Origin: Malacoraja senta
Taxonomy: Eukaryota
Length of the DNA: 64,000 nt
Assembly: GCA_038087875.1 (NCBI GenBank)
Contig: CM075990.1
Span: 6,450,001-6,514,000, forward strand
Direction: 5' to 3'
A program made the translations under genes and the position numbers. This document shows, piece by piece, positions 24,597-36,199 of the stretch. The notes beneath the pieces were generated by a model. The model did not search any database and was not told where the DNA came from. It was given only the letters and a program-made list of their open reading frames with translations. Numbering within the stretch: the first letter of the stretch is position 1; every line of letters begins with the position of its first letter.

Positions 24597-24887
24597 GTGG
24601 CACAGCGGTAGAGTTGCTGCTTTCCAGCGCCCGGGTTCGATCCTGACTACCGATGCTGTTTGTAAGGAGTTTGTACGTTCTCCCCGTGAACTGCGTGGGT
24701 ATTCTACGGGTGCTCTGGTTTCCTCCCACACTCCATAGACATACTGGTTTGTAGGTTATTTGGCTTCGGTAAATTGTCCCTATTGTGTGTGTAGGATAGT
24801 GTTAGTGCGCGAGGGTCGCTGGTCGTCACGGATTCGGTGGGCCGAAGGGCCTGTTTCTGTGTTTTTGCTCGAAACTAAACTAAACTA
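24597..24887 (+). mobile_element. HE1-type V-SINE
   Basis: A/B boxes, V-domain, tail. Confidence 0.9.
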
Positions 24888-25494
24888 ATGTTCAAGTGCC
24901 TGATGGCCGCTGGGAAGAAAATACTGTTGAAACTGTCATGGATTCACAGGTAGAAATAATCTGTAGGTTAGACAGCATGTGTGAAGAGAGAGAGTTAATA
25001 TTTCAGGTCAAGGCCCATTCATCAGATCTGCCTTGTTGAGTATTATAAGAATTCTATCCCTTTATTTCGAGTTTACAGCAGCTTCGAAGTATTTTTGCTT
25101 TTCAAAGAAGAAAGTAAAATTCATTGGCAAAAAAATATATGATGGCGTTAGGTAAAAGTTTCAAGTCTCTATTCTTTCTGATCTGGATGCTTGGCGGATT
25201 GAGGAAGGTGGAGTTTGTTCCAAAAGTGGTGTCGCATTTCAAGTTGGATAGGGTCACAATATGTGAAAATAACAACATATGTCATTTGATTTCTTGTTTA
25301 AAAGTGGATGAGGGCTGTTGTAACCACTGACTTTAACTTTCTGCAGATGTGTACAATCTACAGAGGGTGCGTGCAGTCCATTATACAGTTCTTCCCAGCT
25401 GATAATTGTCCCGGAAGAAAGAGATGAATAAACTATTCAATGCAATGCAATGGGATCAAGATTGGCAACTGGATCTGGGGCCACGTATTTCTAA

Positions 25495-25709
25495 AGGGCC
25501 TGTCCCACTTTCACGACCTAATTCACGACATCTGCCGAGTTTGCCCTTGACTCGTACTCGCAGCATGGTCGTAGCAGGTCGTAGCAGGTCGTGATGCTAG
25601 TCGTAGGTACTCGTGGCATCAAGTAGGTCGGGGCGTTTTTCTAGCCTGATGAAAAATGTCCACGAGTAGAAAAGTCCGTGAATTAGGTCGTGAAAGTGGG
25701 ACAGGCCCT
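25495..25709. mobile_element. PIF/Harbinger-type MITE (215 bp)
   Basis: Perfect 33 bp TIR agggcctgtcccactttcacgacctaattcacg. TAA TSD at 25492-25494 and 25710-25712. Confidence 0.9.
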
Positions 25710-26069
25710 TAAATGCAATTGCCATTTTGCTCCTGTTGGTCCACTTTCAATAACTACCTTTTAAAAAGGCTTTTTAAGCAACTATTTTCTCCAACATGTT
25801 GCATTGCCATCAGATTTCCTTCCTTGGTATTTATTTGCAATGAAGCATTTGTCTGGATGTCTTGCCCAAAGTCTGAGATGGAGCCATTGAAAGGAGATGT
25901 GATGTAGGACCTTAAGATCTTGAAAGGCATGAAGAATTGGTTGAATGTGAATAAGATTTGTGCGGGATCTTCGCCTAGAAAAGTACTCAATGTCTTCAAT
26001 GAAATGTCAGAAAATTATAGTTTCTTTAAATAATGTCTTTGAAGTTGGAATCCGTATTATAACAGCAGA

Positions 26070-26330
26070 TTGCACCATGGAAAACATCTTACCCAGATGC
26101 ATCACCGCTTGGTATGGTTAATGGTCTACACAAAACTAAAAAAATCTGCAGCAAGTTGTGGATGCAGCCCAGTCCATCACCTACACCAGCCTCCCCCCAC
26201 CCCCATCATCTCCATCTACACTTCATATTGCCTCGGGAAAGCAGCCAATGTAATCATGGAATGCTCACACCTCGGTCATTCTCATTTCTCCCCTCTCCCA
26301 TCAGGCAGAAGATTCAAACGCTTGAAAGCA
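26070..26330 (+). mobile_element. Rex1/Babar LINE ORF C-terminal relic
   Basis: ISIYTSYCLGKAANVIMECSHLGHSHFSPLPSGRRFKRLK is the Rex1 C-terminal HP.H.LF..LPSGRR motif. Confidence 0.8.
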
Positions 26331-26999
26331 CTTAGTTTAATTTAGTTTATGGTCACATGTACTGAGGTATAGTGTAAAGCTTTTTGTCTACTAACCAGTC
26401 AATAGAAAGACTATGCATGTTTAATATCAAACCATCCACAGTGTATATCCATATGATAAAGGAAATTAGGTTTAGTACTGTCAGATTCAAGGAAAGCTTC
26501 TGCCCTGCCCTCGCGCACTAACACTATCCTACACACGCAATAGGGACAATTTACCGAAGCCAAATAACCTACAAACCTTCTGCCCTGCTGTCTTGAATGG
26601 ACCCTCATATGCTAAGAAAATCTTTCTAATCTTCCAAGCCAGCTTGGCCTCTGCAGTTTAAAAACATATATTTGCCCTTTCTCTCTAGCTGTATCACTAT
26701 ATTGTATATCATGTGTATTTTACCATTTGCACTATCCCTTGTACTCGTGTATGGGTTGGTTACACTCCAGTATGGTATGATATGACAGGAGAGCATGCAA
26801 CACAAAGCTTTTCACTGTATCTGGGTGCACATGACAATAATAAACCAATTGCAAATACCAAAAGAAGGCACAAGTATGGTCCATGAAGTTCTTAATGGAA
26901 AGCCACAGGATGTGGAATAACTCATGTTTTAATATTAAATTAACACTGCACTACTTTCAAGAGAATGGGCTTAGAGAGGATCAGCAAGAAGGAATATGA

Positions 27000-27181
27000 A
27001 GATAGACACAAAAAGCTGGTGTAACTCAGCGGGTCAGATGGTGAGAGTCAGTCTGAAGAAGGGTCTCGACCCGAAACGTCATCTATTCCTTTTCTCCAGA
27101 GATGCTGTCTGACTCACTGAGTTACTCCAACTTTTTGTGTCTATCTTCCATTTAACCCAGCATCTGCAGTTCCTTTCTACA
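27000..27181 (+). mobile_element. PLE terminal repeat with short inverted 5' arm, intact hammerhead motif and 15 bp TSD
   Basis: caagaaggaatatga (26985-26999) / caagacggaatatga (27182-27196). Confidence 0.9.
27053..27080 (+). ncRNA. Minimal type I hammerhead ribozyme motif (PLE-associated), representative copy
   Basis: CUGAAGA + A + stem II GGGU-CUCG-ACCC + GAAA + CG + UC. Palindromic ACGU replaces stem III. Activity not shown. Confidence 0.75.
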
Positions 27182-27974
27182 CAAGACGGAATATGATTCT
27201 GTTTTAGCTCTCTGCTGCCCTGAATCCAGTGCTTTCTTTATCTAGCATTTCTAAGATGGTGCATTGGTTCATACTGTTCTTTGGATGCTCTCGTTATGAG
27301 CCTATTAAATGGCAACTACTTGCAAATTGGTAGGCAGTCGGCTGGGATAATAAAGATTCCTTTACTCTTTTATTACTTAGTTTGTGGTTGCTGCTTGTAA
27401 TCGAAGCTGGTCTATTCAACAGTTTCCTCTCCGAGCAGGCTTCAAGGCTACAGTGTAATTGAGGGTTTGAACTCTAATGTAATTGAAAGGAAAAAAAAGT
27501 AAAAAAGTGGGATTCAATGTGACCTGATCATGGCGATTGCTTTGGAGAACTGAATGCAAAAATAATTGGTGGTCCATCTAACAAGAAGCTTTTCACTGTA
27601 CCTCGGTACATGTGACAATAAACTAAACTGAACTGAACCGAACTGACCTAGGCATGGAAGGAGATTGCAGTTCCTTCCATTCTCCTTACTAATCTCGATG
27701 GAATCAATTGAAAGACAAGGGGGAAAAGATTTCCAGCCAAGCTGTTTAGTGGCGAAACCAAAAAAATGCGTTGTTCTTGGCATCTGTCTCCTTAGTCTGG
27801 TTTCCTGTGCAGAATCTCAATCTATAATGTTATTACAACAAACTGGTGACAAATTAAAGGATCTTTGACATCTTGGTTGGGCCAGTGCGAAGAAGTTATA
27901 TTATTTGTTGTTATTTTACAGCAAGGGCCATTTGGCACAACCAGTCCAAGCTGGCTTGCTTACAAGTAGAATGA

Positions 27975-28200
27975 AAATAGACACAGAATGCTGGAGTAAC
28001 TCAGCAGGTTAGGCAGCACCTCTGGAGAAAGAGAATATGTGACGTTTCGGATCAGAGCCTTTCCTCAGTCTGAAAAAGCGTTCCAGCCCAAAACGTCACC
28101 TAATATTTTTCTCCACGGATGTGGCCTGACCTGCTGAGTTACTCCAGTATTTTGTATCTATCTTCAGTATAAACCAGCATCTGCAGTTCCTTCCTACACA
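27975..28200. mobile_element. Fold-back PLE terminal repeat (inverted pair)
   Basis: Two arms. The left arm lacks the terminal ~35 nt tail present in the right arm. Confidence 0.85.
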
Positions 28201-28673
28201 TTTTGCAAATAGAGTGTATTGACTTGCTGACACTATGAGTGGGAAGAGAGACTTGAATTATTTGGGTTGCTGTATATATTTTAATGAGTAACGTTTTTTT
28301 TAAACTAAAAAAGGCCCAACAGCCCCATTCCTCCACTAATTTCTCGGTAACATTCTCTCCCACTTGCTTATTAACTGGCCCCTGATTATCACTGGCACAA
28401 GGGCTAATTTACAGAAGTCAATTAATCTCGCAACATATGGTCAGGGCATGGGAGGAAACGTTTGTAGCGGTGAGAAGGAGTATGTGTAAATTCCTCACAG
28501 TCAGCACTGGGTCAGGATAGAAACCGGACTGCTGGAACTACAAGGCAGCAAGATCTTATTAACTTATGAAGAAAGAAATTGGAACAAAACACAACTGTAA
28601 ATTCTTAAGAAATAAGGAGCAACATAACTATTGACATAACACAATGGCTCCATGATAGGGTTAGGTTTAAGGA

Positions 28674-28862
28674 TTATACCATTAGAAATGACTTTTCTAC
28701 TTCCCCACTGATTCCAACTTTCCTTCTATCCTTTGTCTCACCAGGAGCAATCAGATTGCCATCCAGGGAGAAACAGGGATCTGATTCCTCCTGGTGAGAC
28801 AAAGGATAGAAGGAAAGTTGGAATCAACGGGGAAGAAGAAGGAGTCATTTCTAATGGTATAA
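28674..28862. repeat. Long inverted repeat / hairpin (arms about 83 bp, loop about 22 nt)
   Basis: 28674-28756 pairs with 28779-28862, including a 39 bp perfect run tgattccaactttccttctatcctttgtctcaccaggag. Confidence 0.9.
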
Positions 28863-29065
28863 CCCTCCTAACAAAACACTTAGAATGTGACAAAAAGTGC
28901 TGGCGTAACTCAGCGGGTGAGGCCGCATCCCTGGAGAACATGGATAGGCGACGTTATGGGTGGTACCCTTCTGCAATCTGGTCTTTTACAGTAAACGAGC
29001 ATCTACATTTCCTTGTTTCTATCCTTGGAACGTGGCCTTGTAATAACCAACACCTTGATACATAA

Positions 29066-29585
29066 AGGCCCTGTCCCACTTAAGCCCCTGTCCCACCTAG
29101 GCAATTTTTTCGGCGACCACAGGCGACTAGGCTGTCGCCACATGGTTCTGCTTGTCGCTGGTAGTCATTGGTTGTCGTAGTTGTGGTCGTAGGTGGACGT
29201 CCTAATGGGTCGCCGGTTGCCGGGAGCTTGACGTCGACTAGGTGGTAGGTTGTCGTAGCTTGTCGTAGACACTGTTGTAGGGGGGGAGATTTGTCGGCAA
29301 CCGGCTACGACTGTGACAGTCGACAAAAAAATTGCCTAAGTGGGACAGGCCCTATTGGCGGTTTATTTCGGCGACTGCCGGTGACTGTCACAGTCGTAGC
29401 ATGTGGTTAAAAAAGTGGCGACTGGACCCCCCTCCACTACGACAATGTCTACGACAAGCTACGACAACCTACCACCTAGTGGATGTCAAGCTACGGCAAG
29501 CTACGACCACACCTATGACAACATACGGCCCCACAGGCGACAATCTACGCCAAACAGTGTCAACCTACGTCCACCCATGACAAGC
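29066..29585. mobile_element. Two nested Harbinger-type MITE copies in opposite orientation (inner copy 29083-29353)
   Basis: The outer TIR aggccctgtcccactta is interrupted by an inner element with TIRs ag..cctgtcccac.taggcaatttttt. 29357-29585 is largely the reverse complement of the inner body. Confidence 0.75.
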
Positions 29586-29671
29586 TCACTCTCCCTCACT
29601 GGTTTCCCATTACCTGACAACTCAGATCAAAATATTCATTCTTGTTTCAAATCCATTCCTGGTCGTTCCCT

Positions 29672-29820
29672 TAGATAGACACAAAAAGCTGGAGTAACTC
29701 AGCGGGACATGCATCATCTCCAGAAAGAAAGAATGGGTGACGTTTCGGATACTCGAGTTACTCCAGCTTTTTGCGTCTATCTTTGGTTTAAACCAGCATC
29801 TGCAGTTCCTTCCTACACAT
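29672..29820. mobile_element. Fold-back PLE terminal-repeat insertion with 13 bp TSD
   Basis: ctggtcgttccct at 29659-29671 and 29821-29833. Confidence 0.9.
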
Positions 29821-30582
29821 CTGGTCGTTCCCTGACCAGACTCATTGAAGCCTACTGTGCTGAGAGAAGGCCATTCAGTCCATTGTCTCCTTGCCAACTA
29901 AATGAAAATTTTACCACCCATGAGGCATCCCTGGAACCAAGGCGATGTCCTTGATATTAAATATCGCTCGTGATATGATTCATGAGTATCATGCTGGATG
30001 CCCATGTTAGTTACCGATCGCAAAGTGCAAATCTTGAACGAAACTGAATGCTTAAATGCAATTGCCGTCTGAGGAATCTACTTGAACAATTGTGTCGGGG
30101 ATCCTGGAAGACTTCTGCATTAGAACATCTCTTCTGCATCCTCGATTGCTCCTGTAGGAACTCTGCCTCAATTACTTGGCACTGTCAAGTGATCATGTAT
30201 GAGCTGGTGGAATGTTACACTCCACGGAGAAGTGTTACTGAGCTAATTGGAGCCCTGCTTGTCATGTCTTTTGCTTTATGAAATGTGAAATTCAACTGAA
30301 CATTGCCAATAATATTGCTGAACAAGAGAATTATATTACGATGCAATATATCTATGGGTATCAATTTTTTTAATACGATTATTTTAGTGCAGTGTGATTG
30401 TTGAGGATTAAGCTATGCTCTTCTTTTATGCTTGGAGAGGGTTATTTGGATGTCGTTTCAATTGCTCAGCATACTATTTTTTAATAATATTTGAATAATA
30501 AATAAATTGATAATATTTTGAAGGTGAAATTGAATGAACCTTCTAATGATGCACATTATATTAGTGTTGGTTAAATCATGTG

Positions 30583-30908
30583 TTTAGTTTTAGTTTAGTT
30601 CAGTATAGAGATGCAGCGCGGAAACAGGCCCTTCGACCCACTGAGTCCGCACTGCCCAGCGATCCCCGCACATTAATACTACCCTACACTAGGGCCAATT
30701 TTTTCATTTATACCAAGCCAATTAACCTACAAACCTGTATGTCTTTGGAATGTGGGAGGAAACCAAAGTTCTTGGAGAAAACGTATGCAGGTCACGGGGA
30801 GAACGTTCAAACTCCGTACAGACAAGCACCCGTAGCCAGGATCGAACCCGAGTCTCTGGCGCTGTTAGAGCTGTAAGGTAGTAACTCTACAGCTGCACCG
30901 CCATGCCT
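30583..30908 (-). mobile_element. HE1-type V-SINE
   Basis: Full reverse copy. Confidence 0.9.
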
Positions 30909-31184
30909 CCCACCGTGTGGATTATCTACCTGGATTATCCTAGCAAGGATTATATTGATGAGGAATACATTGAGGAGGATTACACTGATAAGAATCAGAA
31001 TTGGTATCAAGTTGGGAGCCAGAGATTAAATCTAATGAAATCCTGCATTCAGAGAGGTTTACAAAAGTAAGAAAACTGACAACAAAATATGAGATCGACC
31101 ATCAGGCTTGTCTTTTATAAGGCCATAGCCTAAATGGTTCCTACCTACCAATCACCTCCTATGAAGGGAAAAGAAACCAATTTG

Positions 31185-31422
31185 CTAAAGAAAGAACTGC
31201 AGATGCTGGAAAAATCGAAGGTAGACAAAAGTGCTGGAGAAACTCAGGCAGCATCTATGGAGAGAAGGAATAGGCGACTTTTCGGGACTGAAGTCCGAAG
31301 AAGGGTGTCGACCCGAAACATCGCCAATTCCTTCTTTCCATAGATGCTGCCTCACCTGCTGAGTTTCTCCAGCATTTTGTATCTACCTTCGATTTTACCA
31401 GCATCTGCAGGGTTTTTTTAAA
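31185..31422. mobile_element. Fold-back PLE terminal repeat (second subfamily, matching the 19226-19687 tail)
   Basis: Arms aagaactgcagatgctggaaaaatcgaaggtagac... / ...ctaccttcgattttaccagcatctgcag, with ccgaagaagggtgtcgacccgaaacatc. Confidence 0.85.
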
Positions 31423-32139
31423 CATTCCTTCAGCAAGCCCTGCTCACTCATGTGAGATAAGTATGGTTCTGGGCCTTCTTGTCTCCATTACAGTTAGATT
31501 TGGAGGATCTTAAAGATGACTTGCTGCCTTCAACATTGACACTAACAACACATAGCTTGGCTCTTCCAACACCACTCTAATATCTTCCTGCAGTTAGCCA
31601 GCGAATCTGATGTACAATTTGGACTAGATGCGTGTATCCCACTAAAAAATTGGGGTAACCAAAGTTGCCATCTTTGCCTCTCCTCACAAACTCTGTACCT
31701 TGGAGCTGATATGTCTTGTTACATGCAGACTATTGGCCCAGATAGAACCAGACTGTTCACAAAATTTGTGTTGCATTTAAGCTTGGGTTTCAGATCATCG
31801 CTACCATAAAGACAGTTCTTCAGCTTCCTGATTAATAACATCTGTCTTCCCCACCTCAGCTCATCTGCCAGCTTTGAGGGCTCTCTGCCGTCCTTGGAAG
31901 TCTAGTTCACCATCTGGTATGGACCATAACAATATTTATCTGACAAGTCTGTCTTGCCTCTCGGAGAAACGTCAAGCATATGAAACATAAGTGGCCAATT
32001 TTTGAAATATTCAGCATATGATGTGCGTACCTCCATTGGATCCATGTTCACTCTGGGACCTGCGTAGAAGTCTTCTTATGACTACTGTTTGCAGGGTTAA
32101 ACCTTGGGCACCAGAGATGCCTGTCCTGTAGGCATCAAT

Positions 32140-32637
32140 TTGTAGGAAGGAACTGCAGATGCTGGTTTATACCGAAGTGCTGGAGTAACTCAACAGGTCA
32201 CACAGCACCTCTGGAGAAAAGGAATGGTGATGTTTGGGTTTGAAGAAGGTTCCGCTCCGAAATGGCACCTATTCCTTTTAGTTTAGTTTAGTTTAGAAGT
32301 ACAGCGCGGAAACAGGCCCGTCGCCCCACCGAGCCAGCATCTAACACTATTCCACACACACTAGGGACAATTCACACGTACACCAAGCCAATTAACCTAC
32401 ATACCTGCACGTCTTTGGAGTGTGAGAGGAAGCTGAAGATCTCGGAGAAAAACCCACGCAGGTCACGGGGAGAATGAACAAACTCCGTTCAGACCAGCAC
32501 CCGTAGTCGGGATCGAATCTGGGTCTCCGGCGCTGCAAGCGCTGTAAGGAAGCAACTGTACCGCTGCGCCACTGTGACCACCCTCCAGAGATGCTGCCTG
32601 ACCCGTGGCGTAACTCCAGCACTCTGGGTCTGTCTGA
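32140..32637. mobile_element. Fold-back PLE repeat (10 bp TSD aggcatcaat) split by a V-SINE
   Basis: TSD at 32130-32139 / 32638-32647. The right arm resumes at 32583 after the SINE. Confidence 0.85.
32278..32582 (-). mobile_element. HE1-type V-SINE nested in a PLE repeat
   Basis: Full reverse copy. Confidence 0.9.
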
Positions 32638-33794
32638 AGGCATCAATGTCCATTGACTAGAAGGATCTTTTTTTTTTTTGGCTTGAAATAATATTTTGCA
32701 AATGTTGGTCTGGGTCTGAGGACCAGAGTGTGGAAAGATTGCAATTCCAGGCCAGTTATGCCTAAATGATTGACAATGAGACTGGCTGTTGAGTCAGCCC
32801 TGCAGTGCTTCCTGGCTAATGATGCGCGAGCAAAGCTTTGCAGTCAGCTCTGTTCAATCACCAAAATAACTCACAGCCTCACTGCACATCCGCGCAGAGG
32901 GAAAGCAAGTATATTGATGTGCCTTGGGCACCAGCAATAAATAAAATGTGCAATCAACAAATAGGTTGAATGAATAATCCAACACGTTTGGGCAACGTGA
33001 CAGGTGGTTGTCAACAAGAACTAAACAGATGCAGGAATAAAATTGTGCAAGTGCTACTGCATAATGGAGTATTACCCATTGGAAAATGAGTTGAGCCACA
33101 TCACTGAATTTTTTATTGTATAAATATAGTTTCATTTTTTAACTGACTGAAACAGTAAAGTAGTCAAACTAATTTCCTGCCTGTCATCGTCGTGAAGGTT
33201 CGGCTCATCTGGGAGTCTAACTGAGGCTGCAGCGTGTGATGGGTAACGCAGCCCGCAAAAACAGAGGCTGCCTACGAGCCAGGCTCCTCCATCCCGTCAG
33301 CCGATGAGGAACTTTGCTCTGTGGTATTGGTTGGAGAAACTCCAGGGAATTCAGGGCAAGGTTGCCGAGGGATCCCATGGTCATTGAAGAACATAGAACT
33401 TAGAAATGTACTGCCGAAGGACCTGTGTCCACACTGTATCACTCTATGACCCGAGGTAGTTGAAACAAATACATGGCCCTTCGGCCCACAATGTCTGAGC
33501 CGAACATGATGCCAAGACCATCACTTATCTACCTGCACTTAATCCACTGGGAAGTGGGGAATCTTCCAGCTCAATTAGTGGGAGTTTACTCGGATCTACT
33601 GGACACTGAGAGGTGGAGTCGATAGGGAGGTACGAGTGTGGCCGGGTCAATGCGGAGTATCTGTCCATGAACAGGGGAAGTGGAAGACCTTGCTCTGAAC
33701 TTACTGAGCCTTTTGAAACCATGGACAATCCAATCTTCAACCTCGTCTGCCTTTCTGCCCAATCCTGTTGCATGTTGCAGTGATAAATCTTGTG

Positions 33795-34015
33795 GTGGGC
33801 ATATGGAACGAACTGCCAGAGGAAGTAGTTGAGGCAGATACTATAGCAACATTTAAAAGACATTTGGACAGATACATGGATAGGAAAGGTTTAGAGAGAT
33901 ATTTGCCAAACGAAGACTGGAGGGACTAGCATAGATGGGGCATTTTTGTTGGCATTGCCAAGTTAGACTGAAGGACTGTTTCCATGCTGTATGCCTCTTT
34001 GATCCATGACTCTAT
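33795..34015 (+). mobile_element. CR1 3' fragment
   Basis: tggaacgaactgccagaggaagtagttgaggcag...gaaggactgtttccatgctgtatg. Confidence 0.8.
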
Positions 34016-35294
34016 GAGGAGACTGTGGCCAAATTTATTTGCAAGCCTGATTAAAAACCTAGAATTCTTTCACATGTTGCAAAACTTCTTTTTTTCTACT
34101 GAATAACTTTCATTTGAATAAGATCAGGAACTTTACATTTCTCATCCAGGTTTTCTGTAAATTTGATATGTTTCACGTTATAGAAACATAGAAACATAGA
34201 AAATATGTTATCTGCTCAAAAACCTGAATTGCTTTCTCATTGAACAAATATAAATGACCCAGAACTGTGGAATAGTTGAGGCTTCTTCCGATATCACTTA
34301 CTAGGGCCTGGACCTCTATTGTGGAGTTTGATCCTTAAAATAAAGTTCTTGTCACTTCTCATCCACATTGATGGACTCTACTCCATGAGGTCCCTCAGAG
34401 CTGCTGCCCAAATGCATACTGTCCTGTCCCTGTGCCCACATTAATTTTATCATCTGAGTTCCTGATCCCTTCTGAAGCCTCTTTGGTCCACCATCAATCT
34501 CCCCAAGCATCACCCCCCCCCCTTCACTATTTAGCAGTAACACTTGAGCTTCTCGCATTCAATATGATCATTGCAATCTTCGCCCACAATCTTCTTCCAT
34601 GATCTTCTCTGAAACCTCTGATTTCCATCCTGCAAGACATCTCACTGCCCTTTGATCCACACCCCATTGACGATCATTCCCACTCCCAACCCTCCCATTC
34701 TCCCCAACACATCTCCCCCCAGCACTCTTCCAATGACTTGCACTCTCTTCAGTGGGCAGGGGTTCTGGAGAAAATAAGCATGTGGACAATTCTGCGTCAA
34801 AGCCCTTTCCCACCATAAATGAAGCTCTGAGGTTCATGCACAACCGGGTAATGGGACTCAAACCTAAATGGAGGAGTTCCCCATGTGGCACTGACAAACT
34901 ATACAAAAGTTCCTAGCTCCACTGGAAGAACACAGGAACACAATGTTGGATGTCTGGCCACTGGCCACATGGGCTGGGCGGGTGCTATCATTAACATGCA
35001 ATGAATAGAGCAAGGAGAAGCCAGCAACGTTAAACTCGGCCAACAATATCCTTTTTAGGCTGTTGGTCTAACGATCGTAATTTTCCCTCATTCTCCAGTG
35101 CTGGCTTGATCACTTTCTGGGCAAGGTCCAGGGAAAAAACCTAGCCTCCAGAGTGCCTCTGAACCAGGAGAAGTTATATGTTATGATTTTCCTGCATGGT
35201 GGGCTTGTCTCGGAGTTTGAGGTACATGGGGGTCCATGTGAACAAGCTAAATAGAACACTCTTTAGCACGCAAAACAAAGTCTTTCACTATATC

Positions 35295-35530
35295 ATAGAA
35301 ACATAGAAAATAGGTGCAGGAGTAGGCCATTCGGCCCTTCGAGCCACCACCGCCATTTTCAATATGATCATGGCTGATCATCCACAATCAGTACCCTGTT
35401 CCTGCTTTCTCCCCATATCCCTTGGTTCCATTAGCCCCATGAGCTATATCTAACTTTCTCTTGAATATATCCAGTGAATTGTCCTCCACTTCCTTCTGCG
35501 ACAGAGAATGCCACGGATTCATAACTCTCC
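35295..35530 (-). mobile_element. CR1 3' fragment
   Basis: ORF WHSLSQKEVEDNSLDIFKRKLDIAHGANGTKGYGEKAGTGY. Confidence 0.85.
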
Positions 35531-35932
35531 AGGTGAATCTCGGTACACACAACAATAATAAATCAGTACCAATAATTAGATTCAAATTGGCGGCAATAGG
35601 AGGCAAAGGGTGGTGGTGGATGGATGTTTTTTTTCTGATTGGAAGTCTATGACATCAAACATATATGATATCAAACGTATATAAAATTTACAGAAAATCA
35701 GGATGTAAAAATATAAAGTTCCTGGTCTCATTCACATGAAGGGGTACAGAGAAGATTTACGAGGATGTTGCCAGGACGCGAGGGTGTGAGCTATAATGTG
35801 AATTGTGATGTACCAGGGATTGGTTCAGGGACCGTTATCGTTTGTGATATAAGTTAGCGACTGATGTGAATGTCGGAAGTGTGATCAGTAAGTTTGTGCA
35901 TGACATGAAAATTGGTGGCATTGCAAGGTATG

Positions 35933-36088
35933 GACACAAAAAGCTGGAGTAACTCAGCGGGACAGGCAGCGTCTCTGGAGAGAAGTAATGGGTGACGTTT
36001 CGGGTCGAGGCCCTTCGTGCTGAGTTACTCCAGCTTTTTGTGTCTGTCTTCGGTTTGAACCAGCATCTGCAGTTCCTTCCTACACATG
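35933..36088. mobile_element. Fold-back PLE repeat inserted in a CR1 RT relic (about 35740-36190)
   Basis: Flanks ttgcaaggtatg / ttgcaaggaatg. The host reads KFVHDMKIGG (FADD motif relic). Confidence 0.85.
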
Positions 36089-36199
36089 TTGCAAGGAATG
36101 TTGTTCAAGGTTACTGTCGGATATAGATCAAATAAGTGAGATACCTTTCAATCCTATTGCGATATGATGCATTACCGAAGTTAAATAAAACGTGGATCA

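Noticed and set aside
29160..29585. Short iterated CGTAG/CTACGAC repeats resembling a CRISPR-like or iteron array
   Set aside because: No constant repeat-spacer periodicity, eukaryotic context, and the repeats lie inside TIR-bounded MITEs.
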